From the NCBI RefSeq assembly GCF_018977255.1, contig NW_024704766.1:2294001-2358000 (forward strand): 64,000 nucleotides of DNA, read 5' to 3'. The notes under the pieces were generated by a model that searched no databases, was not told where the DNA came from, and saw nothing but the letters and a program-made list of their open reading frames with translations. A program made the translations under genes and the position numbers. Source of the DNA: Callorhinchus milii. Taxonomy: Eukaryota. This document shows, piece after piece, positions 1 through 12,180 of this stretch; position 1 is the first letter of the stretch, and each line of letters opens with the position of its first letter.

Positions 1-3000
1 ACACTTGAGAGATGTCTATTTGAAGTGAAATCATCTGATGATCACACTGACTCACATTCACACTGACTCGCACTCATTGACGCACTTAAAACACTCACAC
101 GCTCAAATATTCCCTCGCAAAATGCAGTACAGATTAAATTACATTTGTTCAGGGCCTTTCACGTCGGGAGGATGTCCCAACAGAATATTTACTCGTTCGT
201 TCGTTCGTTCGCTTGCTCTTCAGAAAATGTTTCGGGAAGTCTGCAAACTCGATTCGGAGCACCAACACGGACGTTAGGGACTGTCCTATCATTAATGTGT
301 GTGCGGGGTGGGGGGCGGGGGGTGGGGGGGCAACGCCAACACTTCAGTGCCATCCTCACTGTTCTTGTGGAGAGAAGATTGCAGGGGAAGAGGCAAGAGA
401 AAGGAACAGAAATGAACACGAGCAGTCATCTGTTAAATAGAGCTGCTTTTAGCGGCGCAGCTCATTGGCCTGAGAATGCTTTGAGTTCGCATTCCCTGTT
501 AACAATGAGCGGCATTGTGATCGGATGTGGGCCCCGTTCCTGGCTTGTCCCCGTTTGCTAAGGAATTCTAGGTTGCTGTCAACTGCTGTTAACATCTCGT
601 GCTATGTGATAAAACGCAGTTATTAGTTAATAAGCGGATCATTGTGAACAAACAAGCTCTTCGCTGGAGACTGAGCCGCTATTATTCTCCATTCTGGGCT
701 TTGATTTGAGATCCTCACTGTGATAATATGCTTTTAAATGGTTTTCATTGCCCAGCTGCAAATCCTTTTCTATGTCGCCGAACATGCTATAAACTCCACG
801 GAGGCAGTTCCGGGCGTAAAATCAAACCGACTTGAATGTTTTCGGTAAAGAAAATAAAGGAATCCCTCGCGTACAGGACCGACTCGGGTAAAAACTGGAA
901 AGAAGTGTACGTGCTTTAAGCGCACAATGTTTCAGGCAAATTTTACTCAATGTCCTTTTCTTTTTCTCTCTCCTCCTTTTGAAAGCAAAGCTTGTCCTCC
1001 GGCTCCTCTCCTGAGTGACCTCCCTCACGTCTAAGGATCAAGAACGAGCTCCCGATTCCCATCTTCAACTGGAATCGGCACACGCACATATACACACACA
1101 CACCACACATACACCACACCAACACATGTACACCACACATACACACACACCACACATATACACACCATACAAACACACACACGTACACCACACATACACA
1201 CACCACTCACGTACACCTTCCAACAGCTCAGTCACAACAACAACTTGTATATATAGATATCTGGAGGTGCCGCTGTCTATTGGTTGTCCGTTGAAGGGCT
1301 GCAAAGGGGAGAGGACATGAGGGGCTGATCTGGGATGTACAGGTAGATCAGAAGAGGAGAGCAGCTTCACATTGTTGGTGTTGAGTATCTTCCCAAACGT
1401 ATATCCACCACTAACCTCCCAGAGCTTCCTTTCTGTCTGTAAATTCGTGTTGCTCTTTCATTCGTTTTTCAAAAAAGATTAAATAATAATAGGGAATGAG
1501 GGCCTTGATGTCTCTCTGGTTTTATTATACTGACTTTATTATTCAATTTTTTTTTGAATGAAAGAACCACAAGAATTTACAGACAGAAAGGAAGCACAAT
1601 TCCCTCTCTCCCACCACGTGTCACTGAGCCTCCTGTACAGGCGCTGGCATTACAGGGACAAAAAAATACACTTCAAAAATAAATCATAATAATTATGCAT
1701 TTGATACAGCGCCTCATCACGTCGTTGAGACGTCTCAAAGCGCTTCACGGAATATACCGTAAAGTGAATTGACTGTGTATTTTGTGGGCGACAGAATGGC
1801 AACGGGCAATTTCAGGACAGGTGTCAGAGTTTTTGTTTCTTTACTCAGAGGATAATTAACGAACGGAAGAGGTGGTCGGGAGAGGTGGTGGAGGGCTTGG
1901 ACGCCGGGACTCAGAAAATACCTGGACGCTGTGGCCGTGCGGTGCTCTTGGAGGGAAGAAATCAGAGAGGCAAAGAGGGCTTTCTTCTTCCTCCGAAAAA
2001 AAAGTGCTGTGATCTTGTGGAAACACTGTCGAGCGACAGATTCACCAGCGTGCGCAGAACGTACAGTCAGCCGCTCGCCTCACAGTGGCAGCAACTATCG
2101 CAGGTCGATGAGAGTGCTGTGATTTAAGTTGTGCTTTGCGCTCACCGTTTCAATGGGCTTCTCAAGAAACCTGAGCGCGTCTGTAGGATTCCGGTTACTA
2201 TTGGAACAACAGTACCCTCTGGTGTTTAAGTACCCGAAGAGCGGTCCCTATAATGCCGGGCGTCTAAAATGAGCTGCAAAAGCACTTTATTTGCAGTAAC
2301 AGGCTATCGGCGAAAGAACCTCCAGCAGAAATGATTTCTCGTCAAGAGTTAAAACGATTAAAAAAAAATAAATCCTCGCGATCGGTCTGGCACCTTTCAC
2401 GTCAGGAGGACGTCTCAGGGTTCTCCGTAAATTTTGAATGAAACCGAATGGTTTCGATACAGAATGAATGCACTGTAACACCCAAACAATCAGAAAGTAA
2501 AAATAGTGAGAATTATCGGAGATCGGAGGAATCCGTTCAGGGCTTTATTCTGGCGATGGAGTGATAGTGTAACTTGTGGAAGCGGAGATCTGTGAGGCTG
2601 TTCAGGAATGATATTTCAGCGCTTATATCGACAGTAAGTGGTCAAAAGTGTTCTCCGAGTCCCTGCCTTTGTCCCGCAGTTCTTTTCAGAAAATTCTTCT
2701 TTTCAGAATTGCTACGTGGCGTTTCCTAATTTAGGATCGTTTTGCGTTTCATTCCTGAAAACTCGGCCGATTTATAGCCCAGAGAGGGATTTTCCAGGTG
2801 TGGAAAGAGCTGCCTGAAGCAAACAAGGGAGGGGGAGCGGAGGCTGGTCAACCCCAGTGACTGTGTCGGGCTGACGCGCTACGTAGGGCACATTAGCATT
2901 ACACTGTGCGACTGGATGTAATAATAACAATCCTTACCATTGATACAGCGCCTTATCACGTCTTCAAGACGTCTCGAAGCGCTTCACAGGATATACTGCA

Positions 3001-3256
3001 AAACAGTGACTGCGTATCATGCATCAAGTTACATCGTTCAATGTTTATTTTGTTCATCTGCGCTAATAAGTGTTACCATAAACAATTCAATCATTGACAA
3101 TCATGCATCCAAATACTTTAGAATAGATATTGAATATAGATATTTCCCATAATCAACAGTAATCGGTCTCGTTATAAACCGTATCCTTCACAAATTATCC
3201 CTCTCTCACCTTCCGACCTCTCTTTGTTGGAACCGACCTTGAGTTTCTCCATTTGT

Positions 3257-3572
3257 GGAGTCCTGTAGCTCAGTGGTTAGAACACTCGCTTTGCAAGTGA
3301 GAGACCCGAGTTCAATTCCAGGCAGAGGGCGAAACCTTGGGCAAGTTTCCTTACTCCACACAGAGCCTAATAATAATCCCTCCAAAACCCAAAACAATAA
3401 TAAATTGGTCATTTTCAATCCACGACTATTTGTGGGACATTGCTGTGCGCAATTGGCTGCCGCGTTCGCCCACAAATATACAGTCAATTCACTTTACAGT
3501 ATATTCTGTGAAGCGCTTTGGGACGTCCTCCCGACGTGAAAAACGCTATATCAAATGCGAGGATTATTATTA
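3257..3572 (+). mobile_element. Full-length tRNA(Ala,TGC)-derived SINE with Deu-like core and L2-type 3' tail ending in (ATT)n
   Basis: A-box TAGCTCAGTGG, anticodon arm CTCGC-TTTGCAA-GTGAG, B-box GAGTTCAATTCC, then GTGGGACATTGCTGTGCGCAATTGGCTGCC and the tail GTGAAGCGCTTTGGGACGTCC...ATCAAATGCGAGGATTATTATT. Confidence 0.9.
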
Positions 3573-4247
3573 GTATTATTTAATCAATACGAGTGCAGTT
3601 GCTCCACACATTCGCACATTCTACCTTCCAAAATACCCACCCAAGTGTCTTCTAATTAGAGCGTCAAGCTATGACTTATCTCCCTACAAAAGACAGGTTT
3701 TAATCCTGTGAGTGACGACACAGGCCATCGATCATGTGTGAGTGATCCGGGCTGGTTCCTGCTTTCATCGCTTCCCTTCTTCTGAAGTTGGGATCGGAAC
3801 GATATCCGTCAATTTTCGGTCTTTGATTGAGTCGTGAACCTGACCTAAAGCAGCGGAGCCAACGGAGAGAACTTTTGACAAGCTTCTGCTTCCAGTTTTC
3901 AGTCGGAAGTCTTACGTTTTAAGTTTTAAATTTTACGTTTTAAGTGTGAACGTAAATGCAAAATAATAATAATAACAATAATCTGGTCACTCACTCCACG
4001 ACTTGTTTGTGGGACACGGCAATCGGCCGCCGTGTTTCACCCACAAAATATACAGTCAATTCAGTTCACAGTCTATTCTGTGGAGCGCTTTGAGACGTCT
4101 CGAAGATATAATGAGGCGTCAATCAAATGCGAGGATTATTATTATCATTATTAATATTATTTTCTGATCTCCCACCATAGCTGAAATGTTAAGGTAACGG
4201 TGCGATGAATCTGATCTGAGAGGCTGCGGAGATTTTTTTTTTTTTTG

Positions 4248-6658
4248 CTAATGGCGTTTTCCTTTGAGGAATGTCTTCAATCCGCTTCTTTCCTTCGGAT
4301 GTTCCGGCTCTCTCTTGACGAAGGCATTGTTTCCGCGCTTCAGTCTCAGCAGGTCTCGCAGGTGTATCACATAGCATTGCGTGAGCTTCACCAACAGAAG
4401 AAACTGCTGCTTCGTATCAAAAAACTGGAAACAATTAAAACAGTTTTAAACGTAAAGCAAACCGTACGCTCACGAGGAATGCGCGTTCGCGATATTAATT
4501 GATTGATTCATTATCTTCTAAATTGCCGCACGGCTTCAGAACCGGGAGCTGGGCTCTGAACGTGAGGTAAAGCGGGGTGTCTTTGGGGCTGAACTCTTTC
4601 CGAGGTGACGTTCCTGGCAATTGGAAAACCCCCAACGTCGCTTCCCGAGCCAGGCGGGTCTGCAGGTCTCGAAGGAACGAGAAACACTTATCTGACGGAC
4701 ACTTCGAGAAAGCCGCAAAGACACTCGAGAGGCCCCAAATTCCTGAGAACGGTTTCGCGACAAGACTGGATCGAAGAATTTTCCGATAAGACGCACAATC
4801 ACAAATGTTAAGCTATAATGGTCTTAACACTAACCCTCGGGAGGATTTCAGGCCTCACCCTCTTGTCCAGTCAGGGTGCTATTCGGAGGTTGGTGTTGAG
4901 GGAAATTAAGAGGATGATTCTCCATCTCACCCGCCCGCACCTGATGTGGGACTTGACTATCCTCATCGTGAGGAGCGTCCAAAGGATTCACCTCATAGCA
5001 CAGATTTCAAAATAAACGCTAATGAGCCATAAAACGTAGAACCTGGATACCTCTCGCTGGAACGAGTCCAAGATGCCGGCTTGCTGTGGGATCTCACCAG
5101 GAGTACCTCCATCCGGTTTAATCTTCAGATGAAAGGTCACAGCTTGGGCCTGGATTTCCTACAATAATATTAATAAATAATAACGATAAATAAATGCTAA
5201 TAATGATAATAACAATACTACTACTACTAATAATAATAAATCACAAAACCCTTCAGTTGATAAAGCATCTGTATTGTCAAACATCTCAAAACACTTTACA
5301 GATAATTACTGTTAGCACAGGGATGTTTGCAGACTAACACAACCAACCAATTTGCAGCCATGACTGATTTACTTGGCCTTTTTTGGAACGAATAATAAAA
5401 GCATCAAATAACGAGCAAATAGTGAATGCATATGAAGGTAAAAATCACTGACAAGACTTTGGGGTGTCCAACCTGGACACAATACTCTCTAAGCCCAGTC
5501 TGGCTCCCCAATCCACCAAATCGGTTCACACTGATAACTCCACTTGAGCACCAAGAAAAGCAACGGAAACAACTATGACGTTAATTTGTTAGTGGGCGGC
5601 TCATGGGCCGTATGGCCTCCTTCCGCGCTGTAAGATTCTTTGACTCTTCACACGAGGCACAGTCCGCAAGGACTTCAAGAGCAAAGAACGACAGGTGACC
5701 TTATTTATCATTTACCTTCGAGATTCGAGTGCATTCGTTCAGAGTCTGCAAGCAGTCGTTAAACCGGGGAAGTTTCTCTTCAATTTCTCGTGCAATTCTC
5801 TAAATGAAACAAAAGTGGTGAGAAAGATTTCTCTCCTGATTGGGCCTTAAAGTATTCAGGGCCCAACTTGTGATAGTCATTGCGCTCACAGCCAAACCTG
5901 TGAAGTGTTTCGAAGCGTTTCGTTGATAGGGTAAAGTGTGTACGAAACCTGTCCTGTTCGCCTCGCGCTGCACTCAAACATTCACAGCGGTGTTTATGTG
6001 TTTGGAGAGGTCCAATCGCTGTGGTCTGGGATAGTTGCCAAAGGGAGTGGAGTGGAGAGGAACAATACTGATGCTCAGTGCTGGAGGGCAGAGCTATACG
6101 AGCAACAACTAAATAAGACGCAGCCTAATTATCCTCAACAGAGGAGATCTTGTACAACAACAGCAAATGACACTTTCACTGCGCCTTTCAGGTCTGGAGG
6201 ACGTCCCTAAGGCGTTGGACAGTCAGGGATTTGGACCCGAGCGGGGGATTGGGATCAAGAGGGGCGAAACGCGGCGGCCGATTGCGCACAGCAGCGTCCC
6301 CCACAAACAGCCGTGGATTGAGTGACCGATTTGTTATTATTATTATTTTTGTAGGTATATCTGAGTTGCCACAGAAACCATCTGCACCTTCTGGTGACCG
6401 AGGCTCTTCACAATCAGGAAGTCGCTGTCGCAGTCCATGGAATGAATCCACTCCTGAAACTGGTAGGTGCTGGTGACCCAACTGCGCAGCGGACGGTAGC
6501 CCATCCGATAGCTTTCCAAATAATCCGAGAAGGTCTTCAACAGCTGGAGCCTGAAATCGAATCAAAGTAAAAGGCAGCACGCTGGAGAGGCCGGCAAAAC
6601 TGAAGCGAGGACGGAAGTCGCTGCCAGCGCTCAGCAGGTCAGGCAGCGTCTGCGGAGA

Positions 6659-6701
<43 letters not shown>

Positions 6702-6805
6702 GAAAAATGGGCTCGCGTTTTTCCGGGTCGATGACCTGTCGTCAGAACCGGTTGACTCACGTCCTGAAACGTTCACTCGCTTTCCTCTCTCTCTCTTCCC
6801 CTCCC

Positions 6806-6842
<37 letters not shown>

Positions 6843-8210
6843 GATGCTGCCTGACCTGCTGAGTGTTCCCAGCGGCTTCTGTTTTTATTTCAAGCTCTCC
6901 GAGACACCGTCCAGCTTGAAGGGCGCTTATATAAATGCGAGCTGCTATTGTTGTTGTTTCCATCTTTCCCCTTATTTCCCTGTGTTATTTACGTCGCCCC
7001 CTCTCTCAATGACTCCTCACCTTTCTTCCACGTAGGTCCTCATGGGCTGAAGTCTGTTTCTTAGCAGTTGAATCTTCTGGGCGTGTCTCCCGGCCGTAGG
7101 TTCTTTCTCCATCGTTGTGTCTTTCTGTACCGCAGCATCCCCCTCGCTCGCTGGCGAATGGGGGGCGCTCTTGGTGTCAGGCACGAGCTCACGCGTTTGA
7201 GTCACTTTGACTGGCAGGTCCTCGCCCCCAAGTCGTAGCAGCACATTATCCACTTGGTTCAGATCCCTCCATAGCGTCTGTAACATACCAGGCGTACGTA
7301 AGTGAGAAGCTTTACTCTCTATTTCCCAACACATCGGAAAAAAGAAGTCCTCAAACCCAAATATCTTCATTCTGATGGTTGGTCGGTGAATGTCTTGGCT
7401 AAATCAGTCCAATCTTTCACCCGCAAATTACACAGTCCATCGGTTTGACGGTATATCCTGTGCAGCGCTGTGAGACGTCGCAACAAAGTGATGGGGCGCT
7501 CTATCAAATGCAACAATTATTATTGTTGAGAACTGTCTAAAATCACTTCAAATCAAAGAGAATCGATGAACGACATTTACTGACCCGGATGCTTAGGATG
7601 TGTCCAGACAATAATAACATAATAATAATAATAATAACCTTTGCATTTGATATAGCGCTTTTTCACGTTTTCGAGACGTCTCAAAGCGCTTCACAGCGTA
7701 TACTGTAAAGTGAATTGACTGAATATTTTGTGGGCGAAATACGATGGCAGAATACCAGGGAAAAAGGTTATCCCAATCACAGCGTTCCCCTCAGAGAGAG
7801 TACATGAGCCGACAACTTACGTCGCATTTCTTCCTACACAAGTCAACATTCTGCTGATGAAAATCATCCATACACAGGTCAGCCTCCAGCAGCCTCACCC
7901 TCTGGGCAGCTGATAAAACATTGTGGACAGTAGCTGGTGCTGTGGACACGGCAAGAGAACATCTGCAGTGAAGGTGGAAGATTGTTAGAATCAACTCCAA
8001 ATAAATAATCATAATTGTAATGATCATTTCACTTGATACAGCGCCTTATTCAGGTCTTCTGGACGTCTCAAAGCGCTTGATAGAATTTACCGTGAAGGGA
8101 ATCGACTGTGTATTTTATGGGCGGAACGTGGCAGCCGATTGCACACAGCGGCGTCACCCGCAAACAGTCGTGGATTGATGAAATTTAGACCAGAAGAAAA
8201 ATTCACACGA

Positions 8211-8249
<39 letters not shown>

Positions 8250-10327
8250 AAATCTTGGATCGATTTTCTCTATACACTTCAGTGAGAAACTAATAAACTA
8301 AAAGACTCTGCAAATATTTCTCCAGCAACAAATGTTTTCTTTCGATTTTATTTTTTTTCCCTCTTGCTTTGTAGAAAATAAGTCAGAATGAACAGCCAAC
8401 GACAAAAGGTGAGGTTTACGCACACTGGGAGTGGGAAGGCTTAGGAGTTACGTACAATGGATGAGGCGTATAACCACCTTCGGTGCGAAACTGAGCGCAG
8501 GAATGTGCACTTCAGCCAACGAACGCTTCACACAAATAGTCGCCTCCTCGCATTCTCATCAACTAACTCACACACAGGGAGGAACCTGTCAGCTGCACCT
8601 GTTAAAAGCCTAATTGCAAAATGCAGGCCAGGCTTTTGTAAAGGTACCTTTTCTACATTTCTTCCCAAAATACACCATTGAGGCAAACCCCACCCTCACC
8701 GCATCACTTTCTGACGTGCACGAGCCGCGCCCGCAGACGGTCAAACAGCCGCAAACCGGGGCAATTGATCTAATTTCCTCCCCGAGAGTGACGCCTTCAA
8801 AACACGGGTGAAATTGTGATCGGGGACGTGGTGATCAGCCCCGTTCCGAAATAATAATAATAATAATAATAATAAAATAATAATAATCCTTGCATTCGAT
8901 ATAGCGCCTCATCACATCCTCAATGCGCGTAAAGTTTTTTTATGTACAGGTTCGGTACTTACTCTTCTTCCGCCTTCACGAGGCAGTTGTCACCGTAGCT
9001 CCTTCCTAATCCTAAACTGCGCTTCTGCGTGAAAAAACACACGGGGGTCTTACTAAAACACAAGCAATTTCTCCTCGACTCAACCCGCCGCCGCCGCCGA
9101 CAACTTGCATTTACACCGCGCCCTTCACGCGGGGTAGCGTCCCAGAGCGCCCGTGAGCGGCGGAGCGCGCGGCCGAAGGCGGGGAAGGAAGGGACAAGGC
9201 AGAGGGATAGAGGAAGAGTGTTCCAGAGTTTCGGGGTGAAAGTGGCTTGAAAGTGCGGCCACAGATGGTGGAACGGACGGGCACGAGGCTGACCCTGAAG
9301 CCGACCTTAAGCTGCACGACGGAACCACAGGTGACGGTACCTGTGGTCTCAGCCTTTCAACACTATTGGTCTTACGATTTAAGACGGCGTCAGATTTTTA
9401 AAACAAATTCTTAAACCCCAGTTTTAATTCGGGAGCCAGTGTCACGTGGTGCGTTTCGCCCACAGGATACACAATATATCCCGTGAAGTGCTTTAACGAT
9501 CCTTGTATTTGATGCAGCATCTCAACGACCTGATAAGGCGCTAAATCAAAATGCCAGGATTATCATTAAAACGAGTGTGAAAAAAGACGGCCCCCGCGTT
9601 CTTGCAGAATTTAAGAATATTCCAAAATTCTCACAGTAACTGGAACAACATAAATGTAACTTTGAGATGGCAAAAATTACGACATTTAGACGACCCAATG
9701 TATTTCATAAGTTGTTAGAGTATTTTGCATTGCCCCAGCTCGTCTAATCGTTGCTTATAGCTCCAGTAATAATAATAATAATAATAATACTGTCAGTCTG
9801 CTTTACATTACAAAGTAATATTCTTTCAGATAAGTCATAAAACATTGGATGCTGAGCAGGAGAAAGTGGGGGGAAAAGAGGGACTGAATAGATGCAGTTG
9901 AAGAAGTAGGTTTTAAGACAGGACTTTAAACAATTCTCAGAATTTAACTCGCGTTACACGTCATTCAGAGAGCGATGTGAAGCTGCGAGTCGCGTCCGAC
10001 CGAGCTACAGCAGAAAAATAGCTTTAAAAACGCAACGCTTCCAACTTACTCTGGCTGAAAGACGCACGTTAATGTTCGATGGCAACCGGCTGACTTCTTA
10101 ACGGTTAACAAATAAAGTGACTTTACCTTCTGCAGCGCCCCTGCCTTGTCGAGCCAGTGGAAGAAAGGGAAGCTCTCGAGAACATCGAAGTAGGTTAGGA
10201 GGCTGATGACTGACAACAGACTGACAGTGAAGGCAGGCATACAGAAATCAGCTAAGCCGACTAAGACATTTTGTTGGGCGGCAATAGGAACCAACTGCTC
10301 CGCGGTGAGTAGATTGGAAGCATTCAT
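4248..10327 (-). CDS. Unnamed 397-aa protein: N-terminal hydrophobic anchor plus plakin-type spectrin repeats (plectin/dystonin/MACF1 SR8-SR9-like), 8 coding exons
   Basis: Manually spliced exons: 10327-10127, 9024-8963, 7962-7821, 7277-7021, 6550-6388, 5799-5716, 5158-5051, 4424-4248. All junctions are GT-AG, intron phases 0,2,0,2,0,0,0 are consistent, and the total is 1194 nt with no internal stop, ending TAG. The last exons read LQLLKTFSDYLESYRMGYRPLRSWVTSTYQFQEW...HQK | RIAREIEEKLPRFNDCLQTLNECTRISK | EIQAQAVTFHLKIKP...DSFQRE | FFDTKQQFLLLVKLTQCYVIHLRDLLRLKR. They parallel the plectin segments ALLEEIERHGEKVEECQRFAKQYINAIK | DYELQLVTYKAQLEP...ESVIQE | YVDLRTHYSELTTLTSQYIKFISETLRRME (recalled, not aligned by software). 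An acceptor at 10334-10335 implies a further upstream exon. Confidence 0.8.
6613..6882. mobile_element. Second copy of the palindromic element, with (GA)n/(TC)n expansions in both arms
   Basis: CTCAGCAGGTCAGGCAGCGTCTGCGGAGAGA(GA)n ... (TC)nTCCGTAGATGCTGCCTGACCTGCTGAG; the central GGTCGATGACCTGTCGTCAGAAC matches the 29.2-kb copy. Confidence 0.65.
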
Positions 10328-11844
10328 CGTCACCTGAAACTACTTGCACCACAGACTGATGGGTTAACACTAAGAAGCCAATCAGTCAAACCTCAACTCT
10401 ATCTCCTTTGTGGTTTATCTTCAAACGGTCATCGTAATTTTTGCTTGTACCCACATTCTTTTTTATCTTTCTTTCTTGGTCAAAGTCTGCATCTCACTCT
10501 ATCCATCGTTAGCTCTCACTGATTTCCGCAGACGAACTCATTCTCTCTTCCTCCGCCTCTCCCGGCCTCGATCATTCCGTCTCGGTGTCTTCCCTCTCCC
10601 CCTCTTGAGCCGCTCTGTCCTTTTTTTCTCCAAACTGCATTGATTTTTCTGGCGCAGCGACGTTTAAGTTCCTGTCCTGTCGGTTTCCTGTTGAGATCGT
10701 GCCCACATTCCGACCTCGTGAATTCAGAGATCATCTCTCTGGCATGAAGTGGCTGAGCCGGTCGGGCAGGTTTTCTTTTTTTTCCGAAGCGCGGAACACG
10801 AGCCTTCACAGGATTAGCTCCAGTCCATCTCTTCCCTCCAGAATACCCGCCCTGCTCAGCGCAAAGATTTAAGTTATTTTAAAACGAGTCATGTTCTGAC
10901 CTCAACCCACTCTCACCTGACAAGCTGCTCCGGTCATTAATTACCCTCTGGGAAATTTCCCTCTGCAGCTCTTAAGTAAATCTTGTTCCGAAGAAGCTTT
11001 GTTCTGGGTTTACTTTTTCAATCCCATTTAGAGGTTCACACACCTCTGTCAGGTCCCCCCGCAAGAGGACTTCTCTCAAGACCCAAAAGCCCCAGTTTGT
11101 TGTTAGCTCATTCCCCTTAACACTGGGGATCAAACCTCGTGGCCCTCGTCTGCGCCGTCTGTTTTGCCCGGGAAGCCCCCGTATAATAATAATAATAATA
11201 ATACTCCTTGGATTTGATACAGTCTTCGAGACGTCTCAAAGCGCTTCACAGGATACACCGTGAAGTGAATTGACTGTATGTTCTGTGGGTGCAATGTGTT
11301 GTACCGGTCAGCACTCTGTGTAATGCTCTGCGCGTGGAGCAATGATAAGATTACTGTGCAGTGTGGTTCTGGGTTTACTTTTTCAATCCCATTTAGAGGG
11401 AACATCGCAACCGGAGATCAACGCTCAACTCATTTAGCAATAAGACTCGACATCGTTTTTGACGTGTTTGTTGCCTCACACTGTTTGACGTGGTCGGGGC
11501 GATGCCTTCTTGAGGTCGGGCCGGTAAAAATGTGAGGTGGAGTGACCTTTTGTTTTGACAAAAAAAGGTAAAACTCTGTATCTTGTTTAAGGAGTGTGGG
11601 TAACAAACCCGTACGCATTCCAATGTGGTGAATTCAGAGGTTTCAGTTACATCAATTTTTTTCAGGCCAACTGTGCGCCCGAAACACGCAGAAAACCTCT
11701 TCGAGCATAAAGAGGGTCCAAAACCGACTGAGGTTCCATAATAATGCCATCGACACGTGGAAATCCCTGTGTCTGGAATGCAGATACTCTCTCTCCCCGA
11801 GGTGCCGATTGGCAAGTTGGGGGGGTAATCCCAGTTTTATAATA

Positions 11845-12180
11845 TATAATAATAATCATTGCGTTGGATACAGCGCCTTAACACGTCCTCGGGACGTCGC
11901 AAAGCACTTCACGGAATGTTTTGTGAAGCGGATCGACTGTGTATCCCGCACACAGCGTTGCCCCGCGAAACAGCGTGGATTGAGCCATCCAATTGATTTC
12001 GTTTTGGGTGAAGGACTTAATAAATCTGGAAAGCGATCCACAAATCGACTGACAACCGGGTTCTTACCTACTGTACGTGGAGTAAGGAAACCTGCCTAAG
12101 GCTTTGCCTCACCCGGGTCGAACCCCAGGTCCTCGCGCTTGCGAGGCGAGTGCTCCAACCAACACGTTACCGGACTCCAC
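11845..12180 (-). mobile_element. Older, diverged full-length copy of the tRNA-derived SINE
   Basis: The reverse complement shows a GGAGTCCGGTAACG...GGGTTCGACCC head, GTTTCCTTACTCCAC, the core and the (ATT)n tail. Confidence 0.75.

Noticed and set aside
943-1370. Cys/Val-rich and His/Thr-rich ORFs
   Set aside because: These are translations of an imperfect (CA)n microsatellite.
3257-3330. tRNA-Ala(TGC) gene (also at 49839)
   Set aside because: The acceptor stem does not close properly and the sequence runs straight into a SINE core and tail found many times in the window, so it is a SINE head.
8963-9010. In-frame TGA (possible selenocysteine or pseudogene stop) in mini-plakin exon 2
   Set aside because: It arises only if a weak internal AG is used; the strong acceptor TTTTTTCACGCAG at 9025 gives an open, phase-compatible frame.
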